NCBI GenBank assembly: GCA_964549615.1
Contig: CAZJVP010000030.1
Coordinates: 11,112-75,111, forward strand
From: an uncultured Thermococci archaeon
GTDB taxonomy: Archaea; CAYQAE01; CAYVLA01
Reading direction: 5' to 3'
DNA length: 64,000 nucleotides
Shown: positions 53,049 to 62,733 of the stretch, one piece after another
Layout: every line of letters begins with the position of its first letter
Position numbering within the stretch: position 1 is the first letter of the stretch
Program-made: the position numbers and the translations under genes
The notes under the pieces: model-generated
What the model saw: the letters and a program-made list of their open reading frames with translations, nothing else
Told to the model about the DNA's origin: nothing
Databases searched by the model: none

Positions 53049-53564
53049 CTGACGAGATCAAACGTCGAAGTGAAAGCTCGTCTGCCAACCCTGAGGGAAG
53101 CCAGACAGGCCCTTGACGATCTTGGGGCGACCTTCGGAGGATTGGAGGATCAGGTCGATACATACTTCAAGGTGCCTCTGGGGAGGCTGAAGATGCGCGA
53201 GATCACGGGGGCCAGAGCGCAACTGATCTACTACCGCAGAGATGAGTCCCGATCGAGAATGGACTGCGCCTACCAGATCGCAACAGTCTCGGACCCATCG
53301 GGGCTCCGAGCGGTCCTGACCTCCGCCCTCGGCCTTGACGTGCGCGTAGCCAAGAGGCGGGAGGTATACTGGCTCGAAGGCATCAAGATCAACCTAGACG
53401 AGGTCGAAAGGCTGGGTTGCTTCATCGAGTTCGAGGCGCGAGTCAGAGAAGGCGAACATCGGAGCGCCGTTCGCAGGGTCAAGGACCTCATGAGGCATTT
53501 CGGCATCGAGGATGAGGACGCGCTCAAGTGCTCGTATGCGGACATGATCAGGAAGCTTGGCTAG
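53049..53564 (+). CDS. cyaB: CYTH-family class IV adenylate cyclase / triphosphatase; start upstream of listed GTG
   Basis: NVEVKAR N-terminal motif, QVDTYF, RLKMRE, V.KRREVY, LDEVERLG.FIEFE and SYADM. Confidence 0.85.
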   Translation: MTRSNVEVKARLPTLREARQALDDLGATFGGLEDQVDTYFKVPLGRLKMREITGARAQLIYYRRDESRSRMDCAYQIATVSDPSGLRAVLTSALGLDVRVAKRREVYWLEGIKINLDEVERLGCFIEFEARVREGEHRSAVRRVKDLMRHFGIEDEDALKCSYADMIRKLG

Positions 53565-54559
53565 CCCTGCAGCTGGTTTATGGCGACCTCCGCTATGTCC
53601 GTGCCGTAGTCGGCGATCCTTTCCATGCTATCCAGCATGGCGTTGACCCTGATGTTCACAACCACGGAGGCCTTCGACAGGTGCCTGCCAAGCCCGCCCC
53701 TCTTCTGCGTTATGCCATCCCTAAGATCTATGACCTCGTTTGCAAGCTCCACGTTCCCGTTGAAGAGGGCTTCCATCGCGCCCGTATGGATGTGGAGCGA
53801 GTCGTTGTTCACGTCAACGAGGGCTTCGACGATGCCGTCGTTCACCTCCACATCCGAAAGCTCGAGCACGTGCCCGGCGATCCGCTCCGCGTGATCGGCG
53901 ATGTGCTCGATTCGCTTGATGACTGACTCGAAGTCGAGGCAGTTGACCGGCTCTAGGTCGAGCCTGTTGGCTACGTCCGGGTTGAGGCAGGCAAGCCTGA
54001 GCTGCCTAAGGGTTAGAAAGTACAGCCTATCCACGTCGCTATCCCTCTGTATGGTGCTCCGGGCAAGCTCCGGGTCGGACTCCCGGAGGGCCTTTATGGC
54101 ATCGCTCTGCATCGAGGAGGCTATGGCATGGGCCCGACGGATGCCCTTCATGATCTCAAGCTCCTGAAGGTTCAGCAGGCTGTGGAGGGCTATCTCGTTT
54201 GAGCTTTCCTCGATCGTCTCCAAGCCTATCAACTTGCGGGACGTCGACTTGATCTCCTCGATCTGGGCGACGGTCAAGCGCTTGTCGGAGACCACCCTGA
54301 TCACGTCGCACCCGTTGAGGTACCTGGCGATGATCGACCTCGATATGAACTTGTCATCGTCCCCATCCCTGACCCTGACCACTCCATCCTTCTGACTCTC
54401 AAGGGCGTTCGGTTCGGGAACGACGACGAGATAACCGTTCTTCTGGGAGATCAGCCCTACCTCAGACTTCTTGGCGATCTTGGATTCGCGGACCCACCGC
54501 TTGGGAAGGGACACGACATAGGTCGAACCGCCGATGAGCTGAACGCGCCTGGTCTCCAC
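53561..54559 (-). CDS. phoU: Archaeal AbrB-PhoU phosphate uptake regulator
   Basis: METRRVQLIGGSTYVVSLPKRW AbrB domain; D.DVDRLY, IEHIADHA and ERIADYGTDIAE PhoU repeats. Confidence 0.92.
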   Translation of the reverse strand: METRRVQLIGGSTYVVSLPKRWVRESKIAKKSEVGLISQKNGYLVVVPEPNALESQKDGVVRVRDGDDDKFISRSIIARYLNGCDVIRVVSDKRLTVAQIEEIKSTSRKLIGLETIEESSNEIALHSLLNLQELEIMKGIRRAHAIASSMQSDAIKALRESDPELARSTIQRDSDVDRLYFLTLRQLRLACLNPDVANRLDLEPVNCLDFESVIKRIEHIADHAERIAGHVLELSDVEVNDGIVEALVDVNNDSLHIHTGAMEALFNGNVELANEVIDLRDGITQKRGGLGRHLSKASVVVNIRVNAMLDSMERIADYGTDIAEVAINQLQG

Positions 54560-54593
54560 GGTAACTACCGGTGGCGTCCACGCCTCGGCCCCT

Positions 54594-54620
54594 GTATATA
54601 AAAATGTGACTTGATATAAA
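54594..54620 (-). promoter_or_regulatory. AT-rich phoU promoter with two TTTATAT TATA-like boxes
   Basis: Minus strand reads TTTATATCAAGTCACATTTTTATATA, 35-60 nt upstream of the phoU start, in a GC-rich background. Confidence 0.55.
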
Positions 54621-54679
54621 GGCGACTCGTAATCTATAGGCGGTATTGGCGCTCTCTAAATCACCCTGCTACGGGGGAG

Positions 54680-55171
54680 CTAGCTATGCCGATTGGTGCC
54701 CAGATCTGAAAAGCCGCCCCTCCCCACCTTGAGCGCATCACCTATGGAATGCGCTGGCCCGCGGAACTCTGCGCGCTCCATGCCCTTTCCCTTGGCGACG
54801 AAGAACTGAAGCTCAATCACTCTCTCCCTCGAGTGCCCGCGCGCCACCCAGTGATTGACCGCCGACTGAACCCCGTTCAGGACCCTCTGGAGGTTGGCCT
54901 GATCGAAAATGATCAACGAACCAGTGGCGTTGAGCGCCGTCGCCCCCGCAGGCTTGGGCATCTCGTCGCAGTTCAGCCCAGCTCTTGCGATCTCCGACTT
55001 CAGAAGCCCCCAGAAATCTTCGTCGAGCCCCGGACTTGTCTCGACCACGACGTCCAGGCCCAGGACGGCCTCGACCATCTGGTCGCGGAGGCCCCTCCTC
55101 CTGAGTAGAACGTCCGGGCCGTAGTCAAGCGTCTCAACCCTCATCTCAGTTTTCGGCAAGCTACGTCCCAC
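54680..55171 (-). CDS. Hypothetical protein
   Basis: 163-aa ORF, no recognised motif. Confidence 0.5.
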   Translation of the reverse strand: MGRSLPKTEMRVETLDYGPDVLLRRRGLRDQMVEAVLGLDVVVETSPGLDEDFWGLLKSEIARAGLNCDEMPKPAGATALNATGSLIIFDQANLQRVLNGVQSAVNHWVARGHSRERVIELQFFVAKGKGMERAEFRGPAHSIGDALKVGRGGFSDLGTNRHS

Positions 55172-55345
55172 CTAGAGATCTGGACGCTGCTAATATCTCT
55201 AATCGTGAGCGAGACGGTCGGCGTGCCAGTTGGCAGGCCGCCCAACCAGGTTTGCAAAAAGCCGTCCGGCAGCGCTCAGCGATCCCGCCGATGTCCGGCC
55301 CAGATATGCGAGGTGCTCTATGGATCCATCTGGCACCCGCCGGGG

Positions 55346-56593
55346 TCACCCGGGACCGAGCATTCGGGTTGACCGCGCCTCCCTATACAGCCTTCGCCTG
55401 ACCATCAGAAGCCACAGCACGGAACCTCCAATCATAAGCGTCGCGGTTACCGTGAGCCACTCGAAAAGATAGATCCAGGCTAAGGTGACATCTTTGATGC
55501 GCAGCGCCTGGCTTTGGCCCTCCTTCAGCATCTGAAAGGCTTGCATCATGAGCTCATGCGATCGGTCAAATTCCCATGACGTGTACGCCGCGTAGGATTC
55601 GCTCCTGACGCTCTCGATCTTGGCCAGTTCATCCTCAAGCTGCGCCGTGTTTGCGCCGAACCTGTCCACGAACTCGACCATCGACAGATATAGAAGCCGC
55701 TGATCATGGTAGTCCCGAAAGAGACGCCTGAGTTCATGGACTTGAACCGGATCCGTGGGAAGCTCGGCCTGGGATGCGAAGTAGACCATGTTCGCGCACA
55801 TGTCGTCGAAGAATCCCCATTCGAGGAGGTTCTGGTTGTCGTAGGTGTTAAGCGGGGTCATGAACGCAAGCGACCTGCCTCTTCCGAACTCCCCACTTGC
55901 CAAGATGGGCCACCTTTCCCCCAGATCGGATTCCGCAAGAAGACGTCCTGCCTGGCGCATCACGACGGGGTTGATGGTGTATGTGAACGGCCTCAACTGG
56001 CCCCATGGGAGGCTCTTCATCAAGGCGTTGTCCGGGTCGTGCACGACAAGCCTGTAGGCCACCTTCAGGTAGATGCCGTCAACGACATCGACCGGCAGTA
56101 TCTCATCGATGGACGTCCCCTTCCATGTTGGGTAGCTGCCGGCCGTCCCGCCGAAGCTGGTGTGCCCCCCTGACATCATGTAGCCGAGACCATCATTCAC
56201 AACTGCCTCGCTCACCATCTGGATCTGCCTGGGAGTGAACGCCGGGAGCTGGACGTTAGAGAAGGCCACGACGTCGTAGTTTTCCCTCAGGAACTGGGAA
56301 GTCCTCGGATACCTGATGTTCATGTATCGACGGATCTGCTCAAGCTGGGCCCCGAATTCGTAGTAGGGCACGACGGAGGTTGAGAGGAGCGGATCCTCCA
56401 CGAGGTACTGGGGCCGACCTGAATACGGCCACTGTCCAACGAAGAGCAGCCTTATCCTGCCCGTAGCCGGATCGATCCTGGCATCCCCCGTCCGAATCAG
56501 GAGAATGGACGTTGCTGCTGCGGCAAGGCAGAGCCCAACGACCATCCCTGCGCACCATCTATCCGCCCCCCCTGGAGTCGTCAGGCCTTCCAT
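55346..56593 (-). CDS. Membrane-anchored class I glutamine amidotransferase-like domain protein
   Basis: N-terminal hydrophobic segment, YDVVAFSN, GLGYMMSGGHTSFGG, W..T.I.EILPV, G.GRSLAF, and a C-terminal transmembrane helix. Confidence 0.65.
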   Translation of the reverse strand: MEGLTTPGGADRWCAGMVVGLCLAAAATSILLIRTGDARIDPATGRIRLLFVGQWPYSGRPQYLVEDPLLSTSVVPYYEFGAQLEQIRRYMNIRYPRTSQFLRENYDVVAFSNVQLPAFTPRQIQMVSEAVVNDGLGYMMSGGHTSFGGTAGSYPTWKGTSIDEILPVDVVDGIYLKVAYRLVVHDPDNALMKSLPWGQLRPFTYTINPVVMRQAGRLLAESDLGERWPILASGEFGRGRSLAFMTPLNTYDNQNLLEWGFFDDMCANMVYFASQAELPTDPVQVHELRRLFRDYHDQRLLYLSMVEFVDRFGANTAQLEDELAKIESVRSESYAAYTSWEFDRSHELMMQAFQMLKEGQSQALRIKDVTLAWIYLFEWLTVTATLMIGGSVLWLLMVRRRLYREARSTRMLGPG

Positions 56594-56599
56594 CCCCCT

Positions 56600-57691
56600 C
56601 TAGTTCAACGGCCTCTTCTCGGTCTGTAGGCGATCCCACGTCGGGTATTCCTCAGTCAGCGCGACCTCGATCTCTCTTGCGTCCACGAGGCGGGCAATCC
56701 TCTTGCCGAGCTCGGGCAGGGTCTCTATCCGGTTCAGGCGCCGATTGTAGACAAGGAGCTCGGGATCGATGCGAAGATCGTTTCTGAGACGCTCGGCAAG
56801 CTCCTCCATCTGCCGCGCCGACATGGGAACACGTGGGGTCAGCGTGGTCTTGACGAGGAGGTTGTCCTCGTCGATGCACTCGTAGGGCCTTCTCACGCCG
56901 CGGGCCATGCGGCCAAGTCTGTTCTTCAGCTGCACAGCATCCTTCAGCCTCGATGGGCATACGTGAACGTTCAGAGAGGTGTTCTCCTCGCAGAACTCGG
57001 CAACCTCGAGGGCGGCCTCGATGCTTCCGGCCACGGCCATGGACACATCGCTGACGAGCCTGAGGCCTCTTTTTCGGAATGCCTCGCTCGTGCTCTGGCA
57101 CATCTCCAACTCGTTTAGGTTCATGAAGCGGCAACCGGCCGAATCGGCCATCGTTGCGATCGCCTTCATCTGCTCGACCCTCTCCGGCAGGGCCGGTATC
57201 TCCACCCCAGTCGTGATGCCCGTTCCGGCTGCCCTCTGGATCGAAGCCCGATGGGCCCTCGTTGCATGGAACCGCAGTTCGTCCAAACCACGCCTCCTCA
57301 GCGAGGCGAGGAGGGCCCGGCTTATCCTAGACTGGGCGGTGTAGAGGTGGACGTGGTGTTCAGGTCCGAACTCCGACTTCATGAGGGCGAGGAACCTGAG
57401 CGTCCGGGCGGGCTTCGTCAAGGGATCACCCCCCGTCATCCCGGTTCCCAAGGCGTCCATGAGATGTGCCTCCTCCAAGATGTCGGATCGTAGGCGGACC
57501 GGCCTCTCGTTCGCATAGACCACGTCCCTTCCCTTCCTCTCCGGAGAAAGCGGACAGTAGAAACATCTGCGCCCGCAGAGCCCGGTGACGAAGAGCACGA
57601 GCTTTGCACCCATCGTGCAGAGGCGGCAGCCCTCGGGCAGATCGCCAACGAGGTACGACCCGTAGCGCGTCCGCTTGACCAGCGTGTCCAC
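56600..57691 (-). CDS. Radical SAM protein (archaeal COG2108-like)
   Basis: LPEGCRLC..GAKLVLFVTGLCGRRCFYCPLS, TGGDPL, GLDELRFH, NLNELE and KDAVQL motifs. Confidence 0.88.
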   Translation of the reverse strand: MDTLVKRTRYGSYLVGDLPEGCRLCTMGAKLVLFVTGLCGRRCFYCPLSPERKGRDVVYANERPVRLRSDILEEAHLMDALGTGMTGGDPLTKPARTLRFLALMKSEFGPEHHVHLYTAQSRISRALLASLRRRGLDELRFHATRAHRASIQRAAGTGITTGVEIPALPERVEQMKAIATMADSAGCRFMNLNELEMCQSTSEAFRKRGLRLVSDVSMAVAGSIEAALEVAEFCEENTSLNVHVCPSRLKDAVQLKNRLGRMARGVRRPYECIDEDNLLVKTTLTPRVPMSARQMEELAERLRNDLRIDPELLVYNRRLNRIETLPELGKRIARLVDAREIEVALTEEYPTWDRLQTEKRPLN

Positions 57692-57722
57692 CTCACTTCT
57701 GCCCTGCTTGGAACGTCGGGCC

Positions 57723-57824
57723 TCACCTGTGCTTGATGACCTTGAAGAGCATAATCCCCAAGACGATGAGAATGATGACCAACAGGATGTCCGTCAGCCC
57801 TTGCGCCCGTCCCAGGATCAACAA
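57723..57824 (-). CDS. 33-aa single-pass membrane microprotein with class III signal-peptide-like motif
   Basis: AGGAAGGAG Shine-Dalgarno then TTG; MLILGRAQGLTDILLVIILIVLGIMLFKVIKHR*. Confidence 0.5.
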   Translation of the reverse strand: MLILGRAQGLTDILLVIILIVLGIMLFKVIKHR

Positions 57825-57931
57825 GCACTCCTTCCTCTGTCGAGCTGGGGGCCTTGGACAGATAAAGCTCTTTGCCGTGGGCTCGGCTCGTTGTAACAGT
57901 TTTCAGCCCGCGGGACACTTCGATACAGGCT

Positions 57932-58015
57932 GCGGGGGTACCTGAGCCGGTCAAAAGGGCTGGACTTAAGATCCAGTGGCAAAGGCCTGCGTGGGTTCGA
58001 ACCCCACCCCCCGCA
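57932..58015 (+). tRNA. tRNA-Leu (anticodon TAA), intron-less
   Basis: Acceptor stem GCGGGGG/CCCCCGC plus discriminator A, anticodon arm CTGGA-CTTAAGA-TCCAG, long variable arm, GTGGG-TTCGAAC-CCCAC T arm. Confidence 0.96.
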
Positions 58016-58055
58016 CCTCTTTGGAACCCGCGCATCTGGATCTGCGTCGAGCGGG

Positions 58056-58210
58056 TTGGTCGAGTTTTCCCTCTGGTTGATCAGGAAGGGAAATAGGGAG
58101 AGCACCGTTGAGAGAAAGCTGCGATACCTAAGGGGGCCTTCAGGTTCTCTTGCCGATATGATTCAACAGATCTTGGAGAAACCTTGGGTCGACAAGGCGA
58201 AGTCGAATCC
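58056..58210 (+). pseudogene. Fragment resembling the N-terminal (SAM-like) domain of a tyrosine integrase
   Basis: VEFSLWLIRKGNRESTVERKLRYL...ILEKPWVDKAKSN directly downstream of the tRNA; no catalytic domain follows. Confidence 0.5.
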
Positions 58211-58249
58211 CCCAAATTGTGCAACGACTCTTGGTCATCGTTTCGGAGG

Positions 58250-58375
58250 GCAACAGGCGCCGCCATCCCGGCTACAAAGATTCTTGCTTTGAAGGATCGC
58301 AGGCCTGAGGAAAAAGTCGAGGAAGCACCAAGGAAGAAGGACACAGAAGTTGAAGTTGCGGATGAATTTATCTAG
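58250..58375 (+). pseudogene. Possible 3' remnant of purE
   Basis: GAAIPATKILALKDRRPEEKVEE...EVEVAD resembles the PurE C-terminal helix; ends 30 nt before purC. Confidence 0.4.
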
Positions 58376-58405
58376 GGTAGGGAATAGTCAGGGGCGGAAC
58401 GCGAT

Positions 58406-59464
58406 ATGGGAAGCGTGAAGGATTTAGAGGTTCGAAAGAGACCAACGAGAGACGAGATGGGCATAGGGCGGTTCCATTTCTCCGATCGCTACTCTGTCTT
58501 CGACTGGGGAAAGATGCCAGACTCAATCAAGCAAAAGGGGGCTGCTCTTTGTCTTATGGGAGCGTACTGCTTTGAAAGGCTAGAAGACAAAGGCATGCTA
58601 ACGCACTATCGGGGCTTGGTGAACTCTGAGGGTAGGCTTGTCCATCTCGACGAGCTTGAACAACCCACAAACATCATGGAAATCCAACTGGTAAATGTTT
58701 ACAGGCCGAAAGCCTACGTGGAACGCGGCATGCTAAAATACGATTATGGCGTTTATACGCCCAACCTAACAAACTACCTAATTCCACTGGAAATCATTTA
58801 CCGCAATGGGCTTCCTGAAGGCTCATCCATATTCAAGAGGCTTGAGAAGGGTCTCGTAACCCTCGAGGACCTGGGTCTAGACCACATGCCTGAACCAGGC
58901 GAGAAGCTTGCCAAGCCGATTTTCGACGTGAGCACCAAACTCGAGGAAGGCGACCGATACATAACATGGGAAGAAGCCAGAAAGATCGCAGGCCTCAGGG
59001 ATGAGGAGCTCGAAGAAATCAACAAGGTCCTTCTAAGGGTCGATGAAACCATAACGGAGGTCGCCTCAAGAGCCGGCCTGGAAAACGAGGACGGGAAAAT
59101 AGAGCTGGCTTTCGACCCTCAAAGGCGTTTGATGGTGGTGGATGTTGTCGGCACATTGGACGAGTGCCGGTTCACCTATGAGGGCTTTCACGTTAGCAAG
59201 GAGGTCGCCCGAATCTACTACCGGCGGACGGAATGGTACCGGGCCGTTGAGGAAGCCAAAAAGGAAGCGGCGCAAAAAGGGATTAAGGACTGGAAGAGCC
59301 TATGCAGGATGGAGCCGCCGAACCTTGACGCTGAGCTTAAGAGGATTATGGACGAGATGTATATGGCAGCGGCCAATGCACTAACAAACCGCAAGCTATT
59401 TGATGTCCCAAGCCTTGCGGAAACCCTCAAGAAGTATGAGGAATACGTGGGTAGAAACTCATGA
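58406..59464 (+). CDS. purC: SAICAR synthetase
   Basis: MGSVKDL, FSDRYSVFDWG.MPD.I..KG, IPLEIIYRN, STKLE..DRY, DGKIE and DVVGTLDECRF motifs. Confidence 0.93.
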   Translation: MGSVKDLEVRKRPTRDEMGIGRFHFSDRYSVFDWGKMPDSIKQKGAALCLMGAYCFERLEDKGMLTHYRGLVNSEGRLVHLDELEQPTNIMEIQLVNVYRPKAYVERGMLKYDYGVYTPNLTNYLIPLEIIYRNGLPEGSSIFKRLEKGLVTLEDLGLDHMPEPGEKLAKPIFDVSTKLEEGDRYITWEEARKIAGLRDEELEEINKVLLRVDETITEVASRAGLENEDGKIELAFDPQRRLMVVDVVGTLDECRFTYEGFHVSKEVARIYYRRTEWYRAVEEAKKEAAQKGIKDWKSLCRMEPPNLDAELKRIMDEMYMAAANALTNRKLFDVPSLAETLKKYEEYVGRNS

Positions 59465-60561
59465 CAGATCGGAACATATTCCGCAGCATCGCGAGTGAGT
59501 ATGATGAACGTAACCTGCGCATTGGAGTTTTGGGCTCCCACTCAGCCTTAGAAATCGCCTATGGTGCCAAGCAGGAAGGCTTCGAAACCGTTGTGGCATG
59601 TCAGAAGGGTCGCGAAAAGACCTACACGAAGTACTGCCGCACACTCTTTGATCACGTCCTGCTATTGGACAGGTTCGTTGACGTCATTAAAGAGGAGAAC
59701 CTCGAAAAGCTTAGAGTCCTCAATGTTGTTTTCGTGCCCAACCGCTCCTTCTCGGTTTACGTGGGGTACGATAACATTGAAAACCGCTTCACGGTGCCAA
59801 TTTTTGGAAACCGCTTCATACTGAGAGCAGAGGAGCGGGACGCACCCCGAAACCAGTACTACCTACTCCAGCAGGCAGGCATCCCCACGCCCAAGATTTT
59901 CCAAAGCCCCGACGAAATAGACCGCCTCGTCATAGTGAAGGTTCCAGAGAAAGAACGTGCCATAGAAAGGGCTTTTTTCTATGCTTCGTCGCCCAAGGAG
60001 TTCAGGAAAAAAGCTGAGCAGCGTATCCGAAAGAACATGATAACTCCTGAGGCCCTTGAGAAGGCAGTGATAGAAGAATACGTCATAGGAGCGAAGTTTA
60101 ATGCTAACTTCTTCTGGTCACCTTTGACCGGGGAGCTTGATCTTCTAGGCTTTGACAGACGCATCCAAACAGACCTGGACGGCGTGCTTGACTTACCTGC
60201 CGCGGAGCAGCTAGAGCTTGGAATCGCAACCCAGAACATTGAGATAGGGCACATGGGCGCCACCATCCGGGAAAGCCAACTGGAGAAGATCTTTGAAGCA
60301 GGAGAGCGCTTCGCGGAAACTTGCAGGGATGAGTACCCACCCGGCATGATAGGACTTTTCGCCCTTCAAGGCGCCATAAACAAGAAGTTGGAATTCTACG
60401 TTTTCGATGTCAGCCCAAGGGTGCCTGGCTGCCCATGCGTCGAGCCCACTTCGCCCTACATGAAGTACAAGTACGGAATGGAAGTCGGCCCCGGAAGAAG
60501 GGTTGCCATGGAGATCAAACGCGCCCTTAAGGAAGGTAGGCTTGAGGACATCGTGACATGA
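59461..60561 (+). CDS. PurP-like ATP-grasp formate ligase (paralog)
   Basis: GSHSALEI..GAK.EGF, PNRSF.VY, ERAFF, DRRIQTDLDG and FDVSPRVPG motifs. Confidence 0.88.
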   Translation: MTDRNIFRSIASEYDERNLRIGVLGSHSALEIAYGAKQEGFETVVACQKGREKTYTKYCRTLFDHVLLLDRFVDVIKEENLEKLRVLNVVFVPNRSFSVYVGYDNIENRFTVPIFGNRFILRAEERDAPRNQYYLLQQAGIPTPKIFQSPDEIDRLVIVKVPEKERAIERAFFYASSPKEFRKKAEQRIRKNMITPEALEKAVIEEYVIGAKFNANFFWSPLTGELDLLGFDRRIQTDLDGVLDLPAAEQLELGIATQNIEIGHMGATIRESQLEKIFEAGERFAETCRDEYPPGMIGLFALQGAINKKLEFYVFDVSPRVPGCPCVEPTSPYMKYKYGMEVGPGRRVAMEIKRALKEGRLEDIVT

Positions 60562-61643
60562 TAACTCGGGAGGAAATAGCTGAACTCGTGGCCAAGTATG
60601 ATCTTGATAGGTTGGCGATAGGCACTATAGGTTCCCATTCAGCTCTAAACATCTTCAAAGGAGCTAAGGAAGAGGGCTTCCGCACCGTGTGCATCTGCAA
60701 GGAAAAGGACCTTATAGTTTACAAGAAGTTCCCCTTGACCGACGAGATCATCGTGGTGGACGATTTCACGGAAATATTGGGGAACCGTGTGCAGGAGAAC
60801 CTGAGAGCTGCAAACACAGTTGTAGTGGCTCACGGCTCCTTCACAGCTTACCTGAGCACGGAGCAGCTGACTGACAGCTTTTACGTACCCATTTTAGGAA
60901 ACCGGCTGCTTCTCCATTGGGAAGCCAGCCGCGAACGCCAGGAACAATGGCTCAGAAAGGCCGGGCTTCGACTCCCTGAAACCTTCAAAAGCCCTGAAGA
61001 AATCGACAGGCTGGTCATTGCTAAGCTGCCAGGAGCCAAAGGTGGTAGAGGTTACTTTCTAGCCAACTCTCCCCAAGGCTTCCAGAAAAAGGTGCGCGAG
61101 ATGATAGGCCGGGGTCTCCTAAGCGTCGAGGATGTTGAGAGAATTCACCTGCAAGAGTATGTTCTGGGGGTTAACGTTTACCCTCACTACTTCTCCTCCA
61201 TAATTAGAGATGATGTGGAGTTCCTAGGCGTGGATAAGCGCTATGAATCGACGGCGGACGGAATAGGCAGAGTTCCTGCAGACGAGCAAATAGAAGCAGG
61301 AATGGGCTCAACGTATACTGTTGTCGGTAACATCCCCCTAACTCTCAGGGAATCGCTGCTTCCAGAGCTCTTGAACATGGGCGATAACGTACAGAAAGCT
61401 GCCGCAGAGATAGCCCCCCCAGGCATCATCGGACCGTTTTGCCTTGAAACTGTGATAAGTGATCAGCTAGAAATCTACACTTTTGAGATTTCAGCCCGGA
61501 TCGTAGCTGGCACAAACGCTGGGATAGGCACTTCGCCCTACGCTTATCTGAGATACGGCGAGAACATGTACGCGGGAAGACGTATCGCACGGGAAATAAG
61601 GGAGGCTTTGAGCCGGAAACGGCTGCAAGAAGTGGTTACGTAA
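60558..61643 (+). CDS. purP: Formate--AICAR ligase (FAICAR synthetase)
   Basis: TIGSHSALNI.KGAKEEGF, HGSF.AY, GAKGGRGYF, GPFCLE and FEISARIVAGTN motifs. Confidence 0.9.
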   Translation: MITREEIAELVAKYDLDRLAIGTIGSHSALNIFKGAKEEGFRTVCICKEKDLIVYKKFPLTDEIIVVDDFTEILGNRVQENLRAANTVVVAHGSFTAYLSTEQLTDSFYVPILGNRLLLHWEASRERQEQWLRKAGLRLPETFKSPEEIDRLVIAKLPGAKGGRGYFLANSPQGFQKKVREMIGRGLLSVEDVERIHLQEYVLGVNVYPHYFSSIIRDDVEFLGVDKRYESTADGIGRVPADEQIEAGMGSTYTVVGNIPLTLRESLLPELLNMGDNVQKAAAEIAPPGIIGPFCLETVISDQLEIYTFEISARIVAGTNAGIGTSPYAYLRYGENMYAGRRIAREIREALSRKRLQEVVT

Positions 61644-61938
61644 ACCTAAATCATCACAGAGATATAGGCACACCACTAGGCCACTAGGCGAAGCATGTTG
61701 AAAAGGAATCTCAATTGCTGCTTTGCTCATGGCGGTCTTTGGAGTTTCTGGAGCAGCGATAAATCTGGCGTCTCAAAATCCTTTCGGAGCAACTCTTTTC
61801 GCGCTCATGATTCTCATTGGCGTCATACTAATAATCCAACAAAGATGCTTCTAGATTCTACCCGACCTCACTAGAAGTGGTTCGACGATCTGATTTATGA
61901 AGATGCGAATGCGGAACGGATCGCGTGAGGACTGAGCA

Positions 61939-62733
61939 ATGAAGAGACACCCCGTCTTCTGGTTTTATGTCTTGGCTTTTGGGATTTCGTGGCTTGGCTG
62001 GTGGCCCGTGGTGGCTGGATCGCGGGGAATTTCGCCATTTGACAATCCGCTATTCCAGACCTTGGTCCTCCTGCCAGCCATAGGTCCTGCGTTGGCGGCC
62101 GTCGTTGTGACTGCGGCTAGCGATGGAAGAGCAGCCATCAACCCGTTGTTCAAACCGCTTTTGCAATGGCGGGTTGGAAAGGTCTGGCTGATCATTGCCA
62201 TTTCGTCTCCTGCGGTGCTTCTTGTTGCAGGGAAAATAGTAACCCAAGCGCTGGGCCTAGCCCCGACAGCCCCACCACAAGGTAGGAACATCATTGGAGT
62301 GGCAATCGGGGCTCTCGTGATAGCACTATTCTCCAACACATGGGAAGAAGTCGGGTGGCGCGGATTTGCTCTGCCGCGATTGCAGAAGCATCATAGTGCA
62401 CTTGTGGCAACGCTGGCCGTAGGCGTCTTGTGGTGCTTGTGGCACCTCCCGCTTTTCTTCTGGAAGGAAAACCCGATGTCCGCTTATCCGTTCCTCCCAT
62501 GGTCCATTGGCACGGTTGCGCTCTGCTTCATCTATACGTGGTTGTACAACAGTACCCAGGGCAGCCTGCTCGTTGTGACGCTGTTTCACGTTCTCGGGAA
62601 CACGCTTGGCGCTGTAATCTCAGGCGTGTCCATCGTTGCACTGACGACGATCTATGTCTTGGTGGCAGGGTTGCTCGTGGCGGTTTTTGGAAGGGACGAT
62701 CTTGCAAGCCGGGGAAGGGTGCAAGCCGGGTAA
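61939..62733 (+). CDS. CPBP/CAAX (Abi) family intramembrane metalloprotease
   Basis: WEEVGWRGFALPRLQ, W.LWHLPLF and WLYNST.GSLL...LFH...N motifs. Confidence 0.92.
   Translation: MKRHPVFWFYVLAFGISWLGWWPVVAGSRGISPFDNPLFQTLVLLPAIGPALAAVVVTAASDGRAAINPLFKPLLQWRVGKVWLIIAISSPAVLLVAGKIVTQALGLAPTAPPQGRNIIGVAIGALVIALFSNTWEEVGWRGFALPRLQKHHSALVATLAVGVLWCLWHLPLFFWKENPMSAYPFLPWSIGTVALCFIYTWLYNSTQGSLLVVTLFHVLGNTLGAVISGVSIVALTTIYVLVAGLLVAVFGRDDLASRGRVQAG

Noticed and set aside
61696-61853. Small hydrophobic ORF after purP
   Set aside because: Short, start ambiguous (possible frameshift in an A-run), and no recognisable family.
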